A stretch of DNA of 64,000 nucleotides from Guillardia theta CCMP2712 (Eukaryota > Protista > Cryptophyta): positions 854,748-918,747 of the forward strand of contig NW_005434666.1 of NCBI RefSeq assembly GCF_000315625.1. Direction: 5' to 3'. Position numbers and translations under genes: made by a program. The number at the start of each line of letters is the position of its first letter. Position 1 is the first letter of the stretch. The notes below the pieces were generated by a model. The model made no database searches. It was not told where the DNA came from and saw nothing but the letters and a program-made list of their open reading frames with translations. Positions 11,618 through 22,808 of this stretch are shown here, piece by piece.

Positions 11618-13352
11618 TCAATCTTTGGGCAGGTCAGCATCGTCGATCTCCTGACCTGCCAACAGAGCTGCTCGCTGAGCCTCAAGCGCTTCGAGCTCCA
11701 TGGCAACTTCAGGAAGCATCGAAGGCTGCGACCTCAACTTTGCCAAACGACGCTGCGAGATCAGAATCAGCACACGACAAGCATTTCAAAGTGTAAGCAC
11801 CTGAATAGGCTTCAGGCGCTGGAAAGGCCACTGACGAATGCCCATTTTGCGGCAAACCTGCACACCAGTGAGGCTCGGTTACCATTACAAGTACATGCGC
11901 TCGTTCACCTTCTTGATCGCAGTGGCACAGATCCCGAGTTTGCGAGCAGCATCGTTGAGAGGCATATCAAAGTGCTGCCTCAGCAGCTCTGTGCTCAACT
12001 TGACTGGGACGATGGTTGTGTCCATGTCGTGCAGGGGGCGCCCTCCGAGGGCTTGCTTCCCTCCTTGACCCCAACTTCTCCTCCTCAATCTCGGCTTCAC
12101 CTCCAAGATTTCTACCTTAGAGTTCTTCTTGAGGAGTGAATCCGCAAACGTGGAATCCTCGCCGTCGCCACCGAACACCTTAGATGAAGATGCCATGACG
12201 ATGTCTGCTGCTGTCTGGTTTCCAACGAGGGACGAGAAATTCAACGAGGGCAGGGACGAGTTCCTGTCAGGGGACGACCGAGAGGCATCAGCGTTTCTGT
12301 TTGCAGTCAGCTGGAAAGAAACATGGTTGGTTGACGCGCTGTGAGCCTTGCCGCCCATGAAAGCAGAATCCTTGAAGGACGGCAACATCTGTGACTCAGC
12401 AGAACGTCTGAGCGCTGGATCACTGAGCGGCTGGAAGTGAAGCTTGCTGCTGATCAGATTGTCTGCCTCCTGCATGCCCCGATTCCACAGGCTGAGAGAT
12501 GTTCCATCGTTAAGTTCAGGTTGCCCGGGACCAAGCGGAGTCATAACTTGTGGGGAAGACAGGTCGTCGGAGGAGACTGAACCAGCAGGGGACGCAGTCC
12601 TCCAGCTCTTCGAGTACTGAGTCAGACTGAGAGGTTTCGGTCGGTTTGTGAATCGTTCCAGCAGAGACTCTGTCGAGTTGAGAAGATTTGGAAAGCGAGA
12701 CGATGAGAAAAAGGCAAAATCCTCCATAGCCTTGATCACTTTAGGCTGCACACAGAAACAAAGTGAGACCGGGCGGAATCAAGTACCATCAGGACACCTG
12801 AAGCGGATCCATGGAGTGCTTGTCATGCTTCTTGGTTATCTTCACAACAGCCAACGCATTCACAATCGCATATCTCCTAAGATTCTGGACTTTAACAGCA
12901 AAGGCAGCAATGTCGTTGAGTAACGTCCTCAGGCACTCTGGATCAGCTCTGAAGCTTTCTTCTCCGAAATTCTTGTGCTGAACACTCTCTCAGACCCATT
13001 CTTGGAAATGTCATCACGTGCTCACCTCAAGGATCCTCACTCGCTCCCCGAGCTTGTTAGTCATGTAGTCACAATATTCGCTCTCCTTGTTCACAAAGAA
13101 ATCGTTGACCTGCAATGTAGCGATCAGAATAGCATCCCCGGGTAAGGATGAGCATACCTGGTTGATTTCATGGAGAAGAGCTCGAACGAAAGTTTGCTCA
13201 TGCGCTTCTTGGGAAGCAGAGTCGGTTTGTGCCGTCAGCGGCTTGATGAGCTTCTTGAGGCACTTGTAATTCACAAATCTATCCGCCAGTTCCAGCCGAT
13301 TGCCGAGCAAGCAGGCCGCTTCCTCGGCCCTCATTCGCTGTCCAAACTTCAT
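11618..13352 (-). CDS. SPX domain-RWP-RK domain fusion protein (putative transcription factor), 495 aa, 6 exons
   Basis: Exons 13352-13158, 13109-13026, 12977-12798, 12745-11909, 11857-11801, 11752-11618. All five introns are GT-AG, phase 0, 48-52 nt. SPX motifs MKFG, VNYKCLKKLIK, LLHEINQVNDFF, NALAVVKITKKHDK. RWP-RK motif LRQHFDMPLNDAARKLGICATAIKKVCRKMGIRQWPFQRL. Confidence 0.92.
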
Positions 13353-13609
13353 GGCACTTTCCTCTATTTTTTCTTCTCAATCCCTCAAACAGTCCTGCCT
13401 TACTACTTGTGTCCCCCTCACGTCAAAGGTCTTTAGCGTTCTTGGCCTTCTAGTCCGTCTTTCTACCTGCCTGTCCTTTCGTCTCTTAGTCCTTCTGGAT
13501 GCCTTAAGGGGCCCTGGCTTGCTGCTGCTCCCTCCCCTCGTCCTCTCCCTCGCTACACTCGTGTCGCATAGCTCCTGCCACTTGCATGTTGGACCACCAA
13601 ATCCTTCGG

Positions 13610-14620
13610 GGCCGGTAGGGTGGTGTAGAAGCGATCGTCCAGCCCTGGGGTGGGTGTAGAAGGCAGGGGGTGTAGGGGAGGTGGGGTGGGCTTCTAGTTT
13701 GTTTTTGTATCCAGAAGGGGGTGGGGGTTAAGGGCACGTGTGAGTGAAGATGGATCGGGGGGGGGGAGGGGGGGTGGGTACAAGTGATGGGAAGGGGGCC
13801 TAGAGGTTTCTGAGCATGAGGAGGGTTCAGGTGAGGGTAGGGGTAGTTGCAATTTGAATGGAGAACAGGGTGGGTCGATTGAAGGGGGGTACCTGATAGA
13901 ACCGTCTGTTGCATCTAGTCTTTATTGAAAAGGAGGGGTGGGGTAAACTCAGACCGGTGTTGTCTCTGGTCCTGATTGAGTCGCAATTGGGGGTGGTGTA
14001 CATTCATTGTAAACGAGTCACTAGGGAAAGGGGTGGTGAGATATCTTGGGTAGGGTACAAAACTGTAGGATTGCCGGGGTAGGTACTTTCTGGTTCGCTC
14101 AGTTGGAGCAAATGGGGGTGCATTCCGTCTATTATGGTGGGGTGGTGATGGGGTACCGAAACCATGTGGGGGTCCTTGGAAAAGGATTGGGGTCCATTTC
14201 TGCTTCTTTGATTTTTAAATGTTTTTAGAGGAGGAGGCCATTTTAACCCCACCTGGTAATCAGTTACGGTTTTGTATCAAAGGATGGGGTAGTGGGGTAG
14301 TGGGTTGTACACCTCCTCTCTTCCCTCACGAGCCTCAATCAGACTTGATATGTCGCGATTTGATGACCTTGCGTCCCATGCTTACGGTCAGAAGTAAAAG
14401 AAAGTGCTATTTTCAACATGTTTTTCCCATGGGGTGGCACCACCCTTCCCCTTGATATGTTTGGGGGGGTTAGAAAAGCACAAATACGAAAATAGGGGGT
14501 CCTTTAGACCTGGGGAGGGGGTGTAAACAATCTATTATATTATAGTTTAAATGAAAGTACTCATTTTCGAGAGCCCCTGAACTTTTGGTTTGGCTTTTGG
14601 TACGAGGCCCCCGTCTCTTC
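13610..14620 (+). repeat. GGGGT/GGGTA-rich degenerate intergenic island
   Basis: Dense G-runs on + strand, non-coding. Similar tracts at about 8100-8360, 10060-10550, 21955-22510, 44455-44625, 58955-59110 and 61700-62200. Confidence 0.6.
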
Positions 14621-14679
14621 GGACAACCCCTTGGCTCTCTTCCCAACGACGCCTCCGATCCTCAAATTAGCCTAAAACT

Positions 14680-15301
14680 TCGCCGGGGCGGGCCCGGCTA
14701 TGGGATCCCTCGGACTCTGCCAGCCGCGCGGCCGGCTGGGCGCGGCCCGGGCCTGACTCTGTGAGGCCGCGACTTTCTGAGTCTCACTGCCAAGATCGGA
14801 CGGACGGCGCCGCCGCGTCACCGTGGCACAGTCGGCCCAGTCCGATCGGAGTGGCACTGGGGCCCCGGCGGCGGGCGGCCCGGCGGCTGCCCCGGCGCCG
14901 GGGCCGGCAGTTGGCGCCGTCCGAGTCCGGGTCGCCGCCCGGCCAGCTGACGGCCTCCGAGTGCCAGAGCGTCGGACGGGGGCCGGGGGCCCGGGGCCCG
15001 GGGCCCGGGCGGCCGGGCGGGGCCCGGGCCGTCGAGCCGCGAGTCGTTGATCCGACACTGATCGGAAGTAGTATTACGGTAGTAATGTGGTGACGCCGGC
15101 CCCGCTGGCCCCGCTCCGGGACCGTCCGACCGTACCGAGGCGGGCCGGCCGCTCGCCGTGCCGGCCCGGGGGCTACCGTAGTACACTGTGACGGCCCGGG
15201 CGCCGGTGGTCCGTCACCAAGCTGTGGAACTGTGATGCGAGTACTACTTTAGCTTAACTTTGAGTAAAGGTCTCAGTCGGGACTCCGGGAAAGCAACTGC
15301 C
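14680..15301. promoter_or_regulatory. Very GC-rich island (GGCCCGG words, TACGGTAGTA/TACCGTAGTA motifs) ending in TTAACTTTGAGTAAA and GGACTCCGGGAAAGCAACTGCC
   Basis: Lies between divergent genes and shares motifs with 7673-7890, 34150-34385 and 56095-56470. Confidence 0.5.
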
Positions 15302-15332
15302 GGGAATGCGATGAGGCAGCCAGGCTCTCCCC

Positions 15333-18300
15333 ATGCCGCTACCGGCGGGGAAGGTTCAAAGGACGGACATGTGGGCTGAAGGTCAAGCGCCGCCCGTCAT
15401 GGCGCCTGTCCGAGCCTCCGAGTGTGTTTGAGCAGCAGTACTGAAGGATGCTTGTACTGATAGCAGAGGCTGAGACCCTACGGTAGTACAGGCATGGAGA
15501 CCGTGACATGCTCTTATGGGAGCAGACTGACAGGATCCGCAGGAATCCGGATGACAAGCGGATGAGCTGTGCCCCGGCGCTCGGAGACTTTGAGATGGAG
15601 GCCCACAACTTGGAGGCTCCTCATCACACTCAGGGCTCGGTGAGCAAGGAGAGCACGAGGGCAAGCATCGGGTTGATTTGACTCGGCAGGAGTCGGCTGC
15701 TCGTTCAAGCCATGCGCACATGCAGTTTCTAGCAGGGTTCACAGGAACGCGCCTGACATGCGTGCAGTGCCATCGTAGACTCACAACATGCTGCTCCAGG
15801 GTTCCGAGAGGTAGACTGGGGGAAAGGACACAAGTACAACGGGTACTGGAAAGATGGTAAGATGCACGGGTACGGAACGCTCGACTCTCCCGAAGGACAG
15901 TATGTTGGCGAGTTCGCCGAGCATCAGAAATGCGGTGGGAGAAGTTTGAAGAAGCAGCGGATCACGTGACACGTCACTTGACAGGAAGTGGACGGTTGAT
16001 GCTGAAGAATGGTATGATGTACATAGGCACGTTCGATCAAGACTTGTTCCACGGCAAAGGAGCACTGAAGTTAGTGCAAGCTTGACATGGCGGAGATGCT
16101 TTTGATGCATGTCAAAGACTGAGCTGTGCTTGCAGCTACAGTGACAACTCGGCCTACTCGGGAGAATTTCTGCATGGAAGACGGCATGGGCAGGTTGACA
16201 AGGGGCAGAGTTGGGTCAGTCAGGTCGTGATGCCTCTGAGAGAACCGCAGGGAACGATTGTGTTTGAGAACGGAGATGTGTACGAGGGCGAATGGGTGGA
16301 AGGACGTCGAGAAGGGCTCGGCCTGTATGTCCGAGCTGAGCAGGAAGAAGTTTACGAGTGAGAGCGGAGACGAGAAGAGTGAGACTCGGCATTTGACCAC
16401 GTCATGATAGAGGAGCCTTCATGGCTGATCGGAGGCACGGAAAGGGCGAGCTTTGGATCAAGCGTGAGAACTCTAGTGTGTACAGGAAGAGTGTTGTAGA
16501 GTATGAGGAAGGGAAGATGGTGCGACAGAGGTCAGTAGGGGAGGGTATCCTCCAACAGAAGCCAGTGACCCTGCCCTAGGATGCGACCGAACTCAAAGCC
16601 GAAGTTCCCATCGCAAAAACCGCTTGAGAGGTTTCGATCTTCTGTCGACAAACCAGAGATTCCTCGTGTAGAGGAAGATCTAGATGACGTTGACATCTAC
16701 GATGAGATCCCTGCGATAGCGGATGTACAGCAGGACAACCAACAAGCCCAGGCCTCGGAAGGTGTTGAGGAAGAGCAAGGCGACGCTGAGGCGAGCGTGC
16801 GGCCAGAGCTTTCATTCGTCAGCAACGTACAAGACCAGAAGACAGACTCCAGCCGCTCATGGTCGAGGATGATCAGAAATGCTTTCAATCGCTGCTTGCT
16901 CTGCCTTCCTTCCGGTGCTGAGTTCATGGACCTCGACCCTTCCGCTCTCAACGACGAAGACAAGGTCCTCTCTGCCTCTCGTAGCGACGCAGCGTCATGG
17001 TGAACCTCCTTTGCAGCAAGACAGCATGTTGAATGTTGTGATCTTCAAACTGAAGAACATGCCCGAGTTCGACGATCGAGATGTGGATGCCATGTGAACT
17101 CCGCGCCTCTTGCCTTGAGCTGTGACTGATGTAACATGTAGATACGTCACAAGTCAAGCAGGAAAGACCGTGCGGATATCCAAGAGCCTTCACTCTCTCA
17201 CAGACCCGTGACGGCTGGTCTGCAGCCCTGCAGCTCACTGACGGTGACCCAGGGAATGGAACGAGGAGCTGAGCATGCCCTACAGCACTGCCGACAAGCA
17301 GAACCTCCTTGTGTCCGTTTACCTGGTCATGCACAACAAGAAGCAGCTCCTGCTCGGCTCTTGCGAGGTCAACCTCTCCGCTGCTCACGTCGGGTTGTCG
17401 ATGCCCATGAAGCACTTCTCCCTGGTACTCTCTTCCTGCCGCCGGTCGGCATCGCGCTCAGGTCAGATGTCGCAGGTAGACAGCGCGGGGAGGAAGGTCG
17501 AAGGAGTTTCAGCCAAGGATGGAAGAATGGCATCTACCAAGATCATGATGTGAGCAGTCTTGCAAGACATAACGCTGGACGTGTCTTGCCCTGATGATGA
17601 TGTTAGGTCTTGCTCGATACTGTCTGAACCAGATGCTCTGATCTCAGTCAGAATGGAAGCAGCTCGACATCTGACGCCCACAGACACGCAGATTGCTGGA
17701 GTTCCCTTTGCGGTGGTGAAGTACAACTACAAGGAGTTGAGAACAACGACAGGCAACTGAACTCCCTTTCATCTCCCTCGACCTGATCACGACGACTCCA
17801 GGGCTGGAGTATGACAAAGTGAGATGGGACCAATTCCTCTCGTTCCCTTCACTGTCGCAGTTACAACTCAACAAGATCAAAGGGAAGTTCAACTTCATCA
17901 AGTGGATGACTGTAAGTTGCCAGCTCCTCTTCCGTGAGACCTTACTTGGTGCTACAGGTTGAAGTCTGGGAAGAAGAGCACCTGGGGTCGAAGAGATTCA
18001 TCGGGATGTGTAAAGTAGACTTTCAAGACTTGCAGTTCGGGGAGAAGGGCGAAGGCAGGTGGTACAACCTCACTGACCCTGACAGGCAAGATCTCCCTAC
18101 AGTGAGCACCTCCTCTCGCTGGTGCCCTGCTCTTCTCACCGTGTGAGCGTCAGGTGGGACGAGTGAGATGTTGGGTGGCGTGGGGATACAAGGAGACTTC
18201 GAAGCTGCGCGTGTTCGTGGAAGAAGGACTGAACCTCTCGCCCATCTTCTCCAAGAGTGAGGAAAAGGAGAAGGGAGCAGAGAAGTCCCGAGGACCGCCG

Positions 18301-20505
18301 ATGCTGTCGGCAGCCGGCAGCCTGACGCAGCTGCAACCCAACGCGTATGCGATGAGTGTGCTGGTCCCGGAGGGTCACTCAGGTGTTGCAGGATGTTGAA
18401 GGTGTCGCTGGGGGAGGGTCAAACCTTCAAGACGAAGGTGATGGAGTCTGCTGGGGTAGCTCCCACTCGCTCAAGGATCGCCGTGTTCTCAGGTCATCGA
18501 GCAGAATTACTGCCCCATGTGGAGTGAAAACTTCACCTTCAAGTGCCGACAGAGTGAGCTCCCCGAACGACTGAATGTGAGTCTCCACCACCATCCCAGC
18601 AGCTGACAGCCTTCAAGGTGCAATGCTTCCACCGCCGAGGCCGCACAGATGAGTTCATCGGCCTCTCTCTCGTGAACCTGCGAACTCTAGAGCTCGATGG
18701 CTACTACTTGTCCAGGTGCAAGGGACGGAGTTGACAAGGTTGTGAGCGACATGCTCCAGGTGGTACGACCTTGCAGACCCCGAGCTGGCGTCGTACATGA
18801 AAAAGTATCGGAAAGAGATCGACGAGATCGAAAGAGGTGCGGAGAGACAGCTACGCCTGCTGATGCTTGTTGAGTCTTGATCAGGACACCTGAAAGGAGA
18901 TGACGATGAAGAACAAGACAATGAAGAGAGCAACAGCGATGACGATGACGACTTCTCTGCGCACATCATCAACAAGAAGGGGTGAGCTACAGCTTGCTGG
19001 CTTCATGATGCATCTGACCTCTCCCCAGCATGTTTGGCCGCCTGACCGGAATGAACTCATCGCAGAAGCGAGCCAACTCTGTGGCATTCTCCTACTCAGC
19101 TGGCTGCGACCCGAAGCGAGTGGGGAGGTGGCGGGTTGAGCTGTCCTCACTACGAGCCTCACCCGCTCCTCAGGATCAGAATCTCTTTGCAGTGGACCAG
19201 CCAGTCGTTCGAGGAGGAGGAGCGCTACAGCATCGCCCTCCTGCGAGCCAAGATGAAGGCACCTGCCCGCTCTCATTGGTTAGGCATGACGTGTTTGCTG
19301 CAGGACCCGCAGCAGCGGAAAGTCTTACAGAAGTTGCGGGCAAAATGGAAGTTTGACTTCATGGTAAGCCGTCATGTTGTCAACCTTGCTGCGTTGACAA
19401 CCGATGCAGAGGAAAGCTCTGGAAGCCTTTCAAAGGTAGAGCTGCTGATGTGCCATGGGGAAATGACAAGCAAGTCTTGCTCCACAGGATAAAGGAGGTG
19501 ATGAAGAGTCAGACGAAGGAGGCGGAAGTGAGATATGACTATCACGTCGTAAGAACTGAAGCCCGGCTGCTGTTTCCTCCTCTTACAAGCGCCTCAGGTC
19601 CGCAAGACTCTCCGATCGCTCATCAACTATTTCCAGCTCAAGAGGCTCAGCTACAGCATGGCATACCATCACGGCATGCGGACTATCGTCAGGTACGCCG
19701 CTCCTCTCTCTCACAATTTGCTGACGCGGTAGCAGAGCATGCTTCAAGGACTGGACCAAGTTTCGCATCATCGCGTTGAAGCAGAGGAAGCTGGCGGCAG
19801 GGCTCTACGCCGGCGACGACGACGATCTCATCATCGCTCCTCTCGAGATGTTGAAGGCGTGGTGGAGGAGCTTGCATCCCTGATGACGTGGCAGGTTCAA
19901 CTCCATCGGAGCCCTCAAGGCGAGCGAGGAGGGGAGCAAGGCCCCGCATGAGGCGGCGAAGCGCAGCAAGACTCTGAGCTCCCTCCCCTCGTCCCAGGTC
20001 GACCCAGCGCACACGTCAAAGAGGAAGGGAACGACGTGACTCATAAACGGGTCAAGGTTGTGCCATCATCTATTCGCTCCCCTCCTGCTGCGGCAGCCCG
20101 TCAGAGGTTAATGGTGGCCCTTGTCCGGAGCCACTAGAGGAGCGACGAAGGGGCTGTGGAAGAAAGTCTCGTAGCTGCCGTGCACGATACGCACAAATCG
20201 CCAGAGCTCAGCCACGATCCTCTCGAAGCCAGTGAGCTGCAGCAGCGGGAGCACGTCAAGGGGTTGGGGGGGAGGACGGAAGGGGAACATGCACCTTGTC
20301 GAAAACGAGCTCGAGGACGAGGGACGTGGCAACCACCACGAAGTCAGTGACCTGGTTGAGAATGACAAGCTGTTGGGCACGCGGGAGGGGAAGAGGTCAC
20401 CTGAGTAGTCTTTTTGATGAACTTCTTCCACCCCGTCGCCCACAGGACCGCGAGGTTCTCAATCAGCAGGATGGACAGGATGGCGATCTGAGGGAGGGAG
20501 GATGA
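15333..20505 (+). CDS. Large multi-exon protein: N-terminal MORN repeats plus about 3 C2 domains and a helical C-terminus (ends approximate)
   Basis: MORN: KYNGYWKDGKMHGYG, YIGTFDQDLFHGKG, YSGEFLHGRRHG, YEGEWVEGRREG. Spliced in frame to ORF 16581. C2 motifs: VEVWEEEHLGSKRFIGMCKVDF...WYNL, PMWSENFTF, DEFIGLSLVNL...WYDL. Confidence 0.75.
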
Positions 20506-20548
20506 GACAGAAACATGCTCTCATCTCCCGTCTCTGTCTTACGCTTCC

Positions 20549-21345
20549 TTGCGCACATGCATGCTCTCGGTAATGGTGGACGTGCGCGAGGTGCTCGTGG
20601 TGACCTGCCGAAGGGTTCCCCTGAAGAGGGTCAGGCGAGCAGCAGGCAGCAAGGCAGGAGGTCACCAGCAACTGAGCAGCTTGCATCTTCTCGTAGAAGA
20701 TGGACAGCTGAAGCTGAATGCCTGCTCGAGTTCAATGCCGCAGTCGCCATCAAGAAGGCAGGAAGGGACCTGTGACTACCAGCGCGACGTCTCCCATCAC
20801 AAGTGCAGACTTAACGGCATGCACCTCGAGGAGTTCTCAGATATCGCGCGCACTGAAGTCGACGGGCTACCTCGTCCTTGTGGAGGAAGTTGAGGGTGTT
20901 CTTCTTCCACTTCTTGACCTCGTGCAGTGAGAACGGATTGAAACTCTTGAGAGTAGGAAGCGAAGCCTTCGACTCTGCACGCCCTTCAGACGAGGCCGAT
21001 ACAAACTCTCGCTCATCACCAGAAGAAGTATTCTTCTTCTCCTCTACTCGCTGTTTCGCTTGCTGCGGGGGCGGACGGGCTGGCTCCTTGGCTTCGGCCA
21101 CTGGAGGAGAGGGAGGAGGGGGGGGAGGGGGTTGCTGCTGTACTCTCTCCTCCTCGTGCCTCACCACATTCTCATGGACAGGATCGGCGACTTTCTCTGT
21201 TTGCTCACTCGCATGATTCACCTCTTCCTGTGACCCGCACGTGAGCATTGCGCAACTAGGAGCACGAAAGACGTACCGCTGTGCTGCAGCTGATCAGGAT
21301 CAGCGACAAGAGGCAGAGTGAAAGGACTCTTGCAGTTCCTCTCAT
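20549..21345 (-). CDS. Hypothetical secreted Pro/Glu-rich protein (3' end approximate)
   Basis: Signal peptide MRGTARVLSLCLLSLILISCSTA, then a GT donor and splice into ORF 20811-21248. Confidence 0.5.
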
Positions 21346-21571
21346 GGTTTCGTCAGCCTGCGCAGACTCAGACAGGAAGACGAAACAAAAATGGTCCCAG
21401 ACGTGAAGACAGCACGCAGATTCTTGCTCACTGGGGTGAATCAATCTATGATCCTCTCTATGTTCTATTGACGTGAGCATTCAGCCTAGCTCAACCTGAG
21501 GGAAGTATTTGGACCTCCACGTTCTATCACGTTCCCCTTGCATCATAATTGCAGATGAGAAGACGAGGGAG

Positions 21572-21938
<367 letters not shown>

Positions 21939-22808
21939 CATGGCAAGGATTCATGGGGCGCAATCTTTCACATAGGGGGTCCATTCTTCATCCAAGCTTC
22001 GACACCCCACCCCCGGTCATGGTCCCCCTGGTCAGCCAAGGGGTTAGGGGTCATGATATTGTACCGGGTGCAACACCCGCATTCAAGGGGTGGTCTAAGA
22101 ACATGGTATTGGTGGGTGGGTGGGGGTGGAGTGTAATAAAACCCTTGTAGCTCTGGGAAAGAGGGGTGGTCTCAAAGGAAAGGGTGGGGTGGTAGAATTG
22201 GTAAAGGAGGGGTACAATGAGGACGGGTAGTTTAAAATTTAGAGGTGGGGTGGTTTACAATCTCAATTAGCTCACTGTAATTAGCTGAAAAACTGCCCGG
22301 ATCACCCCTGACCCCCAAATATTGCATACCACCCCTTATATAACCCCTGTTTGATATTAAGAGTACCCGGTACTTGTGGGTAGCAACTATCTTGGTACCT
22401 ACCTTACTGACTTCCTATCCCCTTGGACCTAGTGGGGTCCTAGATGATTTCTTTAAGACTACTAAACCCCATAAACTTTGAAGAAAACGGGTCTAAGTAC
22501 CCCAACATTTCTATTCTATAGTACCCGTGCAGTCTCCGCTGACATCATTCTTTATTGTAATTTTATAGTTTAATTTCACATCAGTACTGAAAATTGACTA
22601 AATAGTTTTTATTTTCAATATTTCTATTGAAGATCCTGCTAGCGCCCCCTTTTCGTCCCCCTTTGCCCCCCTCCCTCTAAATCCTTCCCTTCCCTTCCCT
22701 TCCCTCCCTTCAGCCTTGACTTGAATCGGATCCGAGAGGTGTCGATACGAAGGACTCTCTCCCGTTCCTCCTACTTGTTCTTGAAAGAAAGGAGGCTTTT
22801 CCTATCCC

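Noticed and set aside
14672-15186. Pro/Ala/Arg/Gly-rich ORFs in several frames
   Set aside because: Expected from very high GC content; no domain or splice support.
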